The notes below the pieces were generated by a model. It had not been told where the DNA came from. It worked only from the letters and a program-made list of their open reading frames with translations, and did not search any database. Below, in pieces: positions 27,191 to 36,094 of a DNA stretch of 64,000 nt. The stretch comes from Akkermansia muciniphila (GTDB lineage Bacteria > Verrucomicrobiota > Verrucomicrobiia > Verrucomicrobiales > V1-33). A program made the translations under genes and the position numbers. Each line of letters begins with the position of its first letter. Within the stretch, counting starts at the first letter, position 1. The DNA is taken from contig CAMAUV010000001.1 of NCBI GenBank assembly GCA_945861415.1, positions 45,389 through 109,388 of the forward strand, written 5' to 3'.

Positions 27191-28660
27191 CTAGGCGAAG
27201 AGTTTCGTAACGGCGGCGGCCTTTACGAGTTCGCGTGGCTGGTTGAGATGATTGTAAACAATCGTTTCCGGGTCGATGCCGAACGCGTGGTAGATCGTCG
27301 CCAGTAGTTCCGTTGGGTGCACGGGTTCCTCCACGGGCGCGCTGCCGGTGGCGTCGCTCTTTCCGTGCACGTAGCCGCGCTTGATGCCGGCCCCGGCGAT
27401 GACACTGGTGTAGCAATATGGCCAGTGATCCCGGCCATCCGGGCCATTGTCATTGCCGCTGGTGCTGACACCTTTCTGCGGGCTGCGGCCGAATTCTCCC
27501 ACCGCCACCACAAGGGTGCTGTCGAGCAGGCCACGCTGGTCGAGGTCGGCGATGAGAGTGCTGAGCCCTGAGTCCAGCATGGGAGCCGCCTGATTTTTCA
27601 TTCGTTGGAAGAGTCCCTGGTGGACGTCCCATGAGTGGTTGTCGCTATTGGCCACTTTGGGCCAGATGACCTCTACCACTCGGGTCCCTGCCTCCACCAG
27701 CCGGCGTGCCAGCAGCAGACTTTGGCCAAAAGTATTGCGGCCGTATTCATCGCGGAGTTTATCCGGCTCGCTGGTGAGTTCAAAGGCTTGGCGAGCCTTC
27801 CCACTCACGATCAGGTTGAGCGCGCGGTCATAGTATTCATCGAGCTTGTAGCCGGCCACAGCCTTCTCGATCTCCGGCATTTGCTTCTCAATGGCGCTGC
27901 GTAATTTCGCACGCCGCTGGAGGCGGGCGGTGAAGACATCGGGCCGTAGTTGCAGGTCATCGATGCGGATACGGCTCATTTTGTCCATATCCATGTCGTC
28001 GCCTTCCGGGTAGAGTGTATATGGATCGAAGGCCTTTCCGAGGAAGCCCGCCGTGCCGGCCTTGCCTACGACGTTGCTTTCCTGGAGCGGTCGCGGCAGC
28101 ATCACGAACGGGAGCATGGGCTCGTCCATCGGCTTCATCTTCACGATGTTGCTGCCGAAGTTAGGGAAGTCCTTGGGGCTCGGAGGTTCCAACTGGCCGC
28201 TGGGGCTGACTTTATCCGTCGTGTAACCTGTCATCATCTGGTAAATGGCCGCAGTGTGATTGAAAAGCCCGTTAGGCGTGTAACTCATGCTGCGGATCAT
28301 GGTGAACTTGTCATTCACCTGCGCCAGTTTCGGCATCAGTTCGGTAAAGTTCACCCCGGGAACCTTGGTGGAGATGGCCTTAAACTCTGATTTCACATTG
28401 GTCGGAACATTTTCCTTCGGGTCCCACAAATCAAGGTGGCTTGGCCCGCCCTGAAGATAGACTAGGATAATGCTTTTTGCCTTGCCCCAGCCGGGGCCGC
28501 CGCTGGCGGCGCTTTCGTTGGCCACAGCCTGAGCGCGCAGGATATTATTGAGCGTGAGCCCCATCATGGCGCTGCCGCCTATGCGCAGAATATCGCGGCG
28601 ACTGGTGCCGATACCTTTATCGCAGAGGTCTTTGCCCGGAATGCCTGGAATACGGAACAT
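27191..28660 (-). CDS. DUF1501 (sulfatase/alkaline-phosphatase-fold) protein with a Tat-like signal
   Basis: The N-terminus [17 protein letters not shown] is Tat-like. Blocks [12 protein letters not shown] and GEFGRSP...GRDHWP are typical of DUF1501. Confidence 0.85.
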   Translation of the reverse strand: MFRIPGIPGKDLCDKGIGTSRRDILRIGGSAMMGLTLNNILRAQAVANESAASGGPGWGKAKSIILVYLQGGPSHLDLWDPKENVPTNVKSEFKAISTKVPGVNFTELMPKLAQVNDKFTMIRSMSYTPNGLFNHTAAIYQMMTGYTTDKVSPSGQLEPPSPKDFPNFGSNIVKMKPMDEPMLPFVMLPRPLQESNVVGKAGTAGFLGKAFDPYTLYPEGDDMDMDKMSRIRIDDLQLRPDVFTARLQRRAKLRSAIEKQMPEIEKAVAGYKLDEYYDRALNLIVSGKARQAFELTSEPDKLRDEYGRNTFGQSLLLARRLVEAGTRVVEVIWPKVANSDNHSWDVHQGLFQRMKNQAAPMLDSGLSTLIADLDQRGLLDSTLVVAVGEFGRSPQKGVSTSGNDNGPDGRDHWPYCYTSVIAGAGIKRGYVHGKSDATGSAPVEEPVHPTELLATIYHAFGIDPETIVYNHLNQPRELVKAAAVTKLFA

Positions 28661-28833
28661 ATAAGGTGGTGGTTGTTGTATGGCTGACTGCTACCAAGCT
28701 CATTTTAGGCCCGGGATCGGGTATTGGAAACTACGGAAGTGCGGAGCCGGATGATTCTCGCAACGCGCAGGTCACGCTCAACGCGGGCCTTCTTGCCGCG
28801 AGGGGGAGTGAACCACGGAGGTTACGCTTCCTT

Positions 28834-29556
28834 TTAAATCCAGTTGAGGTCAATCTTGCCACTCAGACCCAGCTCCCCTATTCGTTTTCTCAGCGCCGTA
28901 TCAACAAGCTTTAGGGATGGAATAGAATGGGCGTGAGTCTCGACGTAAACGGACTCGATTAGCTCCATTGCGCCCCGGTCGATGAGACCATTGAGGAGGT
29001 CATACTCAGCTCCTTCAATATCAATCTTCAAGAGCTTCACCGGCCGGTCGAGGCGCAGTATAAAATCTACAAGGTCGATCACTTCGACCTTCACGCCGCC
29101 TGTATCATCCACGTTGCGTTTTTCGCTCAGTAATGAAGACCGGGAGGAAAAGCGTTTAGGGTTGAGGTGGTAGTTGACGTGTAGATGCAGGGTCATGTGA
29201 CCGGCCCGGTCCAGCACTGCTTGATTATGGCGAATGACATTCGCCATAGCGCTCGTCCGTTCAGTTAAAGCGCTAAAGGCATCCGGGTTTGGCTCGAATG
29301 CATGGACCGTCGCGCCGTGCTGGCCGAGAATCTGGGAGATAATGCCAAGGTTCGCGCCGCAGTCGATTGCTACATCTCCGGGCCGCAAACTATGGAATTG
29401 GGGGATGTCCACTACCCGGTTTTCTTCTGCTTTTCCCGGTTTTAGTCGGTATGCGATTTCACCTGCCCAGCGTCTCAGGGTTTTCTTAAAGCTCATTCCG
29501 TTAGAGGTTAAAGCTACTGGGGAGCGCGTCAATACCCTTCTTATAAGCCTTTCCAC
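28834..29556 (-). CDS. FkbM-family methyltransferase
   Basis: DCGANLGIISQILGQHGATVHAFEPNPDAF and the later LKIDIEGAEYDLL are FkbM hallmarks. The gene looks less GC-rich than its neighbours by eye. The start is uncertain (29556 or 29496). Confidence 0.75.
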   Translation of the reverse strand: MERLIRRVLTRSPVALTSNGMSFKKTLRRWAGEIAYRLKPGKAEENRVVDIPQFHSLRPGDVAIDCGANLGIISQILGQHGATVHAFEPNPDAFSALTERTSAMANVIRHNQAVLDRAGHMTLHLHVNYHLNPKRFSSRSSLLSEKRNVDDTGGVKVEVIDLVDFILRLDRPVKLLKIDIEGAEYDLLNGLIDRGAMELIESVYVETHAHSIPSLKLVDTALRKRIGELGLSGKIDLNWI

Positions 29557-29613
29557 TTTTCCGTAAACCCGGACTAAATCCCGGCGCGTAAAGCGAGAAC
29601 TGGCGGAACCGGT

Positions 29614-30072
29614 TCAGCGCGGCAGGAGTGTGATCTGTTTCATGCGGCAGTCGTCCTCCGGTGACCATGTTTTGATGCCGGAATCGTCTTTAAAGAGGTT
29701 GTGCACGAGGCGGCGCTGGTAGCTGTTCATGAGTTCCAGCTTCCATGGCTGCTGGGTTTCCCGGACTTTGTCGCCGCAGCGGCGGACTTCGGTCAGGAAT
29801 TGATCATCTTTACCGGTCCGGAAGTGGTTTACATCAACGCGGACGCGAGGAGCGTCCGGCATTTTCTGGTGCAGCAGTTTGTTCACAAGGTGCTGCAGGT
29901 CATCCAGCCGCTCGCCTTTTTTTCCGGTGAGGGCATTGGCAGATTTTTCGTCTGCGATCGTCACTTGGAGGCCGGGCACATCACAGTCCGGTTCTATGGC
30001 CACCTCGGCTGAGTAACCAAGATGGTGGAGCATGATCTGGAGGATTTCTTGGGCGGCGGATTCGGCGTTCAT
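29614..30072 (-). CDS. Jag-like KH/R3H RNA-binding protein
   Basis: The C-terminal R3H block is NSYQRRLVHNLFKDDSGIKTWSPED. The ATG at 30072 is preferred; the track start at 30090 is GTG. Confidence 0.7.
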   Translation of the reverse strand: MNAESAAQEILQIMLHHLGYSAEVAIEPDCDVPGLQVTIADEKSANALTGKKGERLDDLQHLVNKLLHQKMPDAPRVRVDVNHFRTGKDDQFLTEVRRCGDKVRETQQPWKLELMNSYQRRLVHNLFKDDSGIKTWSPEDDCRMKQITLLPR

Positions 30073-30177
30073 GGTTGGTATAGGCACCACCTTCTATAAC
30101 CAGCTTTTGCCGACTGCCAAATCCGTGCGGTTATTTTTTCTGCTGTTGGTGCCCGGTTGCGTTGTGGGCTTTCGTGC

Positions 30178-31758
30178 TTATTTAAGCGGCCCGGAAAAGG
30201 GAGGCAGATCGTAGATTTTGCCTGATCCAGTGACCCGCGGATCCCCGCTTTGCTGCAGCAAAGCCATTAGCTGTGCGGACATCTCCGCCTTTCGTTCTGC
30301 ATAACTGTGGCTGGCAGCCAAGTTTTTGATTTGGTGAGGGTCGGCGGCAAGATCGTACAGCTCCTCCCCGGGCCGCAGGGAGAAGGCGTAGTCGTAGTGC
30401 CATTTCCATTGAGCGTCGCGTCTGTTCTGTATCAGCCATGCCTTGGTGGGACTGGCGTCCATGTCGGGAAACGTGAGGCGGGTGTTGCTCGCGAGTTGCT
30501 TCGCCGGTGGAGTAAACACGTCTGTGACCGCGAGGGGCTCACCCATCGGCCAGCGTTCTGGTTTAAAATTCCGTATATACAGGAAGTCCTTCGTTCTCAG
30601 AGCCCGCATGGGATAAGGCAGTCCACCGGTGCGGGCGCTCTCTACGTGCCGTTCACGGCCTGTGATCACCCGGTCGCGGGTGGGATCGACCCAGCCGGAC
30701 TTTTCAGACTTGAGCTGTGGCAGGATGCTGCGGCCGTCGATGCCCCCCGGCACTTTTACCCCTGCAGCTTCAAGAAACGTAGGGGCGAGATCCATGAGAT
30801 TCACGAAGTCCTCGACGACGCGGCCGCCTTTTCCTCCGGGCATCAGGGCGATCAACTCCACTCCGGTTCCAAAATCGTAGAGGTTGCACTTGCCGCCGGG
30901 GAAACCGGGCATGCCGTGGTCCCCGCTGAGAATGACGAGGGTGCGCTCCAGTTCGCCCGATTCCTCGAGGCGTTTCAAAATGGTGCCTACTTGAGCGTCC
31001 CATGCCTGGACTTCGCCGAGAGCGTCTGCAAGATCGGCGCGGATCTCTGGAACATCCGGCAGGTGGGGCGGAAGCTTTCCTTTCAGGGATTCTGGATCAA
31101 TGCCCCACAGTTTTTGGCCACTGCCTCTCTCCCAGGGTCGATGCACGGTGGTGCTGCCAAACCAGTAGCACCAAGGTTTGCCAGCCGGCCGGTCCTTGAG
31201 GAAAGCATCGAAATTCCCGCGCACTTCTCCCATCAGCAAGCCTTTGGCTTCCGCGAACGTTTTTCCCTGAGCCATCATTTTGGAGGTATTTTCGCCGAAG
31301 TTGTTGAACTGCCGACCAGCCTTTTCATAGGCATAACTCTGCCCGCCGAAAGGGGCGTCAGCAGGAGTGCCCGGGCCCCAAACCTTGCCGGTTTTGCCAA
31401 TATGGTAGCCTTTGTCACGCAGCAGCAGCGGCCATGAGGGAATCGCGGCATCCCATTTTGCGCCCCGGAGGATGGCTCCCTGACCAGTGCGCCAGAACCA
31501 GCGCCCTGATAGCAATGCACTCCGGCAAGGGGTGCAACTCGGCGCCGGCACAAAGGCGTTGCGGAACCGGACGCCCTCCCGCGCCAGTCGATCGATGCCG
31601 GGCGTGCGGACCACATCGTTCAGCGAGGGCTTCCCCGGCTCTGCGCGGCACCCGGCGTAGCGCCCCCAGTCGTCCGCGAAAAGAAACAGAATGTTTGGCC
31701 GTTCGGCAGCCCCATCAGCGTGGAGGATCAGTGTAAAGAAAAAGAGAAGTCGCAGCAT
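30178..31758 (-). CDS. formylglycine-type sulfatase
   Basis: A signal peptide is followed by PNILFLFADDWG and the CxPxR motif SCTPCRSALLSGR. Confidence 0.9.
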   Translation of the reverse strand: MLRLLFFFTLILHADGAAERPNILFLFADDWGRYAGCRAEPGKPSLNDVVRTPGIDRLAREGVRFRNAFVPAPSCTPCRSALLSGRWFWRTGQGAILRGAKWDAAIPSWPLLLRDKGYHIGKTGKVWGPGTPADAPFGGQSYAYEKAGRQFNNFGENTSKMMAQGKTFAEAKGLLMGEVRGNFDAFLKDRPAGKPWCYWFGSTTVHRPWERGSGQKLWGIDPESLKGKLPPHLPDVPEIRADLADALGEVQAWDAQVGTILKRLEESGELERTLVILSGDHGMPGFPGGKCNLYDFGTGVELIALMPGGKGGRVVEDFVNLMDLAPTFLEAAGVKVPGGIDGRSILPQLKSEKSGWVDPTRDRVITGRERHVESARTGGLPYPMRALRTKDFLYIRNFKPERWPMGEPLAVTDVFTPPAKQLASNTRLTFPDMDASPTKAWLIQNRRDAQWKWHYDYAFSLRPGEELYDLAADPHQIKNLAASHSYAERKAEMSAQLMALLQQSGDPRVTGSGKIYDLPPFSGPLK

Positions 31759-31881
31759 TCGCGAAACTCATCGGGATCAACCCCGGGCGCAAGTCCCGCC
31801 TCCGCGGCCCCTGACCACGATGTGCAGATTGTACGACAAGAAACGCACAAAGCGTCGGTAGTATCGTACCCTGCACCCGTC

Positions 31882-33186
31882 ATGAAACCATCCCCTCTTC
31901 TTTCTGCCGCCCTCTTGGTCGCTGCGGCTCTCCCCGCCGCTGCCCAACGTGTGGACTATGAAGATGAACCGCACAACTACTTCAGCGTAGAACTGTATGA
32001 TGCCTGCACGAAATTTGATCTCGCCCTACGAGACGGAAAGGCTACGATCGAGCTGAAAGACGAAAAACAGATGGTACGCGATGTTCTCAAGCACCTGAAC
32101 GTAAACCTCGCGAGTCAGGTGATGGTGTTTTCCAAGAGCAGTCTGCAAAAAGACCTTATGGGGCCCCGTTCTCCCCGCTGTGTGTGGTTCAACGACGAAA
32201 CCTATGTGGGCTGGGTCCCCGGTGGGCTGATGGAGTTTGGATCGGTGGATCCCCGCCTTGGCCCAGTCTTCTATTCTTTGAATCCTAACCGTCCGGACCG
32301 CGCCGTGCCGCGGCTCGACCGTTCCGAGAGTTGCATGAACTGCCACGGCGGCAGCATGACGAACAACGTGCCAGGGTTCATGCTGCGCTCTGTTTTTCCT
32401 GACAAGGACGGTCAGATGCTTCTTCGGGCGGGCACCAGCCTCATCGACCACACCACACCTATTAAAGAAAGATGGGGCGGCTGGTATGTCACCGGTAATC
32501 ACGGCACCATGAAACACATGGGCAATTCCTTCGCCGCGCCCGGAGCGGATGGCAATGTGATCCTCAACACAGAGGGTAGCTTCAATTTGAAATCGCTCGG
32601 GAAATTCTTCGACACCAAACCGTATCTCCGCGCAGACAGCGATATCGTGGCGCTCATGGTCATGGAGCATCAGGTTGCAATGCAGAGCCGCCTGACCGAG
32701 GCTGCCTACGATCTGCGCTCTGCGATCGTGCGTCAAAAGGGACTGCGTGAGGAACTGGAGGAGCCGCCTACCGACGAATTTTTCGGCAGCACCAAAGTGG
32801 TGGCCGACAGTCATATGGAGAAGGTGCTGAAGTGTCTTCTGTTCGTGGGCGAAGCACTCATGCCCGATGGCGGCGTAGATGGCGGCATGGAGTTTCAGGA
32901 AGCATTTCGCGCCAATAAGCAGGCCGCTCCGGACGGCAAATCTCTCAAAGACCTTCAGTTGCTCACCCATATCTTCAAACACCGTTGTAGCTATCAAATC
33001 TACACCGCTCAATGGGACGCGTTGCCGGTCAAGTTTCTTGAGCAAACCTATCGTCGGCTCTACGACATCCTGACGGCCGCCGAAACGGTGAAAGGCTATG
33101 GGCACCTGAGCGCGGGTGAGCGAAAGGAAATTCTGGAAATCCTGCGTGCCACCAAGCCGGGCCTGCCCGCATACTGGAAAAGCTAA
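31882..33186 (+). CDS. secreted protein with a single CXXCH heme-binding motif
   Basis: The ATG at 31882 gives the signal peptide MKPSPLLSAALLVAAALPAAAQ. CMNCH is encoded at 32332-32346. The 5' part of track ORF 31720..33186 is leader. Confidence 0.6.
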   Translation: MKPSPLLSAALLVAAALPAAAQRVDYEDEPHNYFSVELYDACTKFDLALRDGKATIELKDEKQMVRDVLKHLNVNLASQVMVFSKSSLQKDLMGPRSPRCVWFNDETYVGWVPGGLMEFGSVDPRLGPVFYSLNPNRPDRAVPRLDRSESCMNCHGGSMTNNVPGFMLRSVFPDKDGQMLLRAGTSLIDHTTPIKERWGGWYVTGNHGTMKHMGNSFAAPGADGNVILNTEGSFNLKSLGKFFDTKPYLRADSDIVALMVMEHQVAMQSRLTEAAYDLRSAIVRQKGLREELEEPPTDEFFGSTKVVADSHMEKVLKCLLFVGEALMPDGGVDGGMEFQEAFRANKQAAPDGKSLKDLQLLTHIFKHRCSYQIYTAQWDALPVKFLEQTYRRLYDILTAAETVKGYGHLSAGERKEILEILRATKPGLPAYWKS

Positions 33187-33239
33187 TTGCCGGATGACAT
33201 TTCGGCACTGGCCGGCAGCGTGGGGCATTCTTTGACGCG

Positions 33240-34103
33240 ATGACTTTGCCCCCTCTGGAATCCATTCCTTCGCCTCCATGGTCTTTTGATCTCGCGGCCA
33301 CTCTTGGTTCCGGGCAGGTGTTTCACTGGCAGTCTCACGGCGCCGGCTTTGCGGCCGCAGCCGGAGAGGTGCCACTCTATCTGGAGCAGCAGGGCCATGA
33401 GCTTCGATGCACTGCAGGGCAGGGGATACTGGCCTCCCACTATCTTGGACTGGATCACGACATGGGAAAAATAACGGCAGCATTTCCCTCCGAGGATGCT
33501 GTGTTGCAGCGCGCCATGAACTGGTGTCCTAGCCTTCGTATTCTGAGGCAGCCACGATGGGAGTGTCTCGCCACATTTATCACCTCCTCGCTTAAGCAGG
33601 TGCCGCATATCCGAAAGATTTCGCTCGCTCTCCGCGAGTCCTTCGGCCGCCGCATAGAGTCGCCCGGACTGCCGGTGCTTTACTCTTATCCTTCCCCGGC
33701 AGTCCTTGCTGCCGCTGGCGAGGAGGCGTTACGCAAGCATGGGCTGGGCTATCGTGCGGCATTTCTCCATCAGGCCGCCGTGGCCGTGGCGAGAGGGAAA
33801 CTTGATCTCAATGCGGTGGTTGCCATGGAGGATGCCGATGCTCTGGAAGCGCTTCGCTCTCTAAAAGGGGTGGGTGAAAAAGTGGCCTCCTGCGCACTGC
33901 TTTTCGGCTGGGAGAGGCACGGGGCATTCCCCATCGATGTGTGGGTGGACCGCGTGTTGCGGCAGCTCTATCCGCGCTGCCGCCGGATGAAACCGCCCCG
34001 CCTGCGCGACTTTGCGCGCCGACACTTTGGCCCCATGCGCGGCTACGCGCAGCAGTTCCTCTTTCACTGGGCGAGGCTCACCGACTGCGGCGCGAAAGAG
34101 TAG
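33240..34103 (+). CDS. ogg: 8-oxoguanine DNA glycosylase (OGG, HhH-GPD superfamily)
   Basis: The HhH-GPD block is LKGVGEKVASCALLFGW...FPIDVWVDRV. The N-terminal OGG_N-like GQVFHWQ is also present. Confidence 0.8.
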   Translation: MTLPPLESIPSPPWSFDLAATLGSGQVFHWQSHGAGFAAAAGEVPLYLEQQGHELRCTAGQGILASHYLGLDHDMGKITAAFPSEDAVLQRAMNWCPSLRILRQPRWECLATFITSSLKQVPHIRKISLALRESFGRRIESPGLPVLYSYPSPAVLAAAGEEALRKHGLGYRAAFLHQAAVAVARGKLDLNAVVAMEDADALEALRSLKGVGEKVASCALLFGWERHGAFPIDVWVDRVLRQLYPRCRRMKPPRLRDFARRHFGPMRGYAQQFLFHWARLTDCGAKE

Positions 34104-34135
34104 CGCCCTGTTCGGCTAAGTGTGTGGCGACTCCG

Positions 34136-35071
34136 TCAGTCTTCCGTGAGTGCATCCCAGCCCTGAGGCATGTCGAGGCCCACTTCGGCGAATTCCTGCC
34201 GGGCTTTGGCGATGCGTTCGCTGCGCCAGTTTTTGTAGGCTTGTTGCTGGTCCTGGCTTAGCGCCTGCATGATCGCCGCATCCCGGTCCGCGCCCGGGTT
34301 GGCGTCCGCGCTGACTCCTTCGATCTGCATCTGTGGGTCAAAGTAAGGCGAACTGCGCGCCATGATGGAGAAGACTCTGTCCTGCTGCTCTTCATCAAGA
34401 TTCACCGTCTGGTGCAGTCGCTGCATTTTCCAATCAGCTTCGTGCTGCACCTGGTTCGCGCGTTGCGTGAGGCGGTCTCTACGAAATGCGGCAAGTTTTT
34501 CCCCCGAGAGCTGCTTTTCCATGAAGCCATCCACTCCGTCGTCCCAGCGGTGGTTGCGCCCTGCTTTCACGAGGTCATCGAGCCGTGTCGAATCCGCAAG
34601 CGAGAGAGATTTGAAAATGGCTGCGCTCTTTTCTGACTGGTCTTTCAGCCAATCAGTGAGCTTCGCTTGTTGATTACTGTTCAGATCGTAGAGCCGAGCA
34701 TATTCTCCGGCCATGGCTTCGAACCGGCGGCGCTCATCCCTGCGCCGGATGTTGTCGAATAACGGGGACAAATCGCGGAGCAGTGGCTTGGTGGAATTGA
34801 AGAGCATGTTAATATCCACAGGGCGTCCGGCCTTCAAATCCGTCAGTGCCTGGCGCACTCCTCGGCCGAGAGCATGGCCGGTGTCCTCTCTCGGGCGGGC
34901 CTGTTCGGGATCCATCTTCGCGAGCTTCATGCGGGTGTCGCGCAGCTCATTTTTGAGGGTGAGGATGCGGGCCTCCGGCGTCTCGCCAGCGGGAGGAATG
35001 CTGCCGCGAATGAGGATGGCGCCGGCAGCGCCAATCACGAGGCCGAGGAGGATTTGGAGGGCATTTCGCAT
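34136..35071 (-). CDS. membrane-anchored periplasmic protein with repeated LxxxQ (LTXXQ-like, Spy/CpxP-type) motifs
   Basis: The N-terminal TM segment is ALQILLGLVIGAAGAILI. Repeats are LNSNQQAKL, LDEEQQDRV, and LSQDQQQAY. The family call is tentative. Confidence 0.5.
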   Translation of the reverse strand: MRNALQILLGLVIGAAGAILIRGSIPPAGETPEARILTLKNELRDTRMKLAKMDPEQARPREDTGHALGRGVRQALTDLKAGRPVDINMLFNSTKPLLRDLSPLFDNIRRRDERRRFEAMAGEYARLYDLNSNQQAKLTDWLKDQSEKSAAIFKSLSLADSTRLDDLVKAGRNHRWDDGVDGFMEKQLSGEKLAAFRRDRLTQRANQVQHEADWKMQRLHQTVNLDEEQQDRVFSIMARSSPYFDPQMQIEGVSADANPGADRDAAIMQALSQDQQQAYKNWRSERIAKARQEFAEVGLDMPQGWDALTED

Positions 35072-35146
35072 AGCTTCGCATTCTCGCGTGCTATTTTCCG
35101 TTGTCCAGTAACCAGGTGACCCCCATCATGATGTATATCAAACAGC

Positions 35147-36094
35147 ATGAGCGCACCCAATCCAGCCATCGACATCCGTGAACTGCGCGTGGACTACGGG
35201 CAATTCGTCGCCGTGAATGACCTCACGCTCTCTGTGCCGGAGGGTCAAGTCTTCGGACTCGTTGGTCCCAATGGCGCAGGCAAGACGAGTACATTTCGGG
35301 TGCTGGCCACCCTCCAGACGCCCACTTACGGCTCTGTGAAGCTCAGCGGGTTGGATATTTCTGAAGAGCCGGAAGAAGCGCGCCGCATTCTCGGTTACAT
35401 GCCGGACCTCGCTCCGGTGCCATCGGACATGAAGGCGTGGGAGTTCCTCGATCTGTCTTGCGAATCCTTCCTTGGCGGCAGTGCGGCTGAGCGCCGGTCC
35501 CGGTGGGAGGAATGCCTTGAGCAGGTGCAACTTGCCGACCGGGCGAAGGCCATGTGCAAGTCCCTGAGCCGCGGGCAAACCCAGCGGCTAGTGCTTGCCC
35601 GCACGCTGCTGCATCGCCCACGGGTCATGGTGCTGGATGAACCCGCCAGCGGCATGGACCCGCTCTCCCGGCGGAATCTCCGCCTCACCCTGCGCCAGCT
35701 CGCCGCCCAGGGCACCACGATCTTCATCAGCTCTCACATTCTCGGCGAACTCGCGGAGATGTGTAGCTCCCTTTGTGTGATGAATCGCGGCGCGCTTCTC
35801 TCCTCGGGCACCGTCGATGAAGTGCGGCAGGCTCTCGGACGCCAGCAGCGCGGTCTTACCATCGCCGTGATCTCGCGCAAGGAAGAGGCAGCGGAATGGC
35901 TGCGCTCCCAGCCGGACGTCCTTGAGGTAGAATGCCATGCCGAACGTCTCGTCCTAGGATACACCGGCACGCAGGAAGGCCAATCGGATCTGCTGGAAGG
36001 ACTTTTCAGGGAGGGCTTTCGCGTGAGTCTCTGCGAGGAGCGGAAATCGAGTTTCGAAGATATTCTCATCACCGTGGCTGAAAAAAACCAATGA
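35147..36094 (+). CDS. ABC transporter ATP-binding protein
   Basis: Walker A is GPNGAGKTST, the signature is LSRGQTQRLVLA, and Walker B is VMVLDEP. An ATGA overlap joins it to the downstream permease. Confidence 0.9.
   Translation: MSAPNPAIDIRELRVDYGQFVAVNDLTLSVPEGQVFGLVGPNGAGKTSTFRVLATLQTPTYGSVKLSGLDISEEPEEARRILGYMPDLAPVPSDMKAWEFLDLSCESFLGGSAAERRSRWEECLEQVQLADRAKAMCKSLSRGQTQRLVLARTLLHRPRVMVLDEPASGMDPLSRRNLRLTLRQLAAQGTTIFISSHILGELAEMCSSLCVMNRGALLSSGTVDEVRQALGRQQRGLTIAVISRKEEAAEWLRSQPDVLEVECHAERLVLGYTGTQEGQSDLLEGLFREGFRVSLCEERKSSFEDILITVAEKNQ

Noticed and set aside
30307-31437. A 376-aa + strand ORF opposite the sulfatase at 30178..31758; similar cases are 51118..52248 (-), 24903..25808 (+), 6298..7311 (-), 10511..11251 (-), 14347..15024 (+) and 149..784 (+)
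   Set aside because: Each is antisense to a gene with diagnostic catalytic motifs (sulfatase CxPxR, UvrD Walker A, UppS, ABC Walker A, Asd, NYN). All were judged to be shadow ORFs.
32026-33483. A 485-aa minus-strand ORF spanning the CXXCH protein gene and the start of ogg
   Set aside because: It crosses an intergenic gap and two well-supported + strand genes, and it has no motifs.
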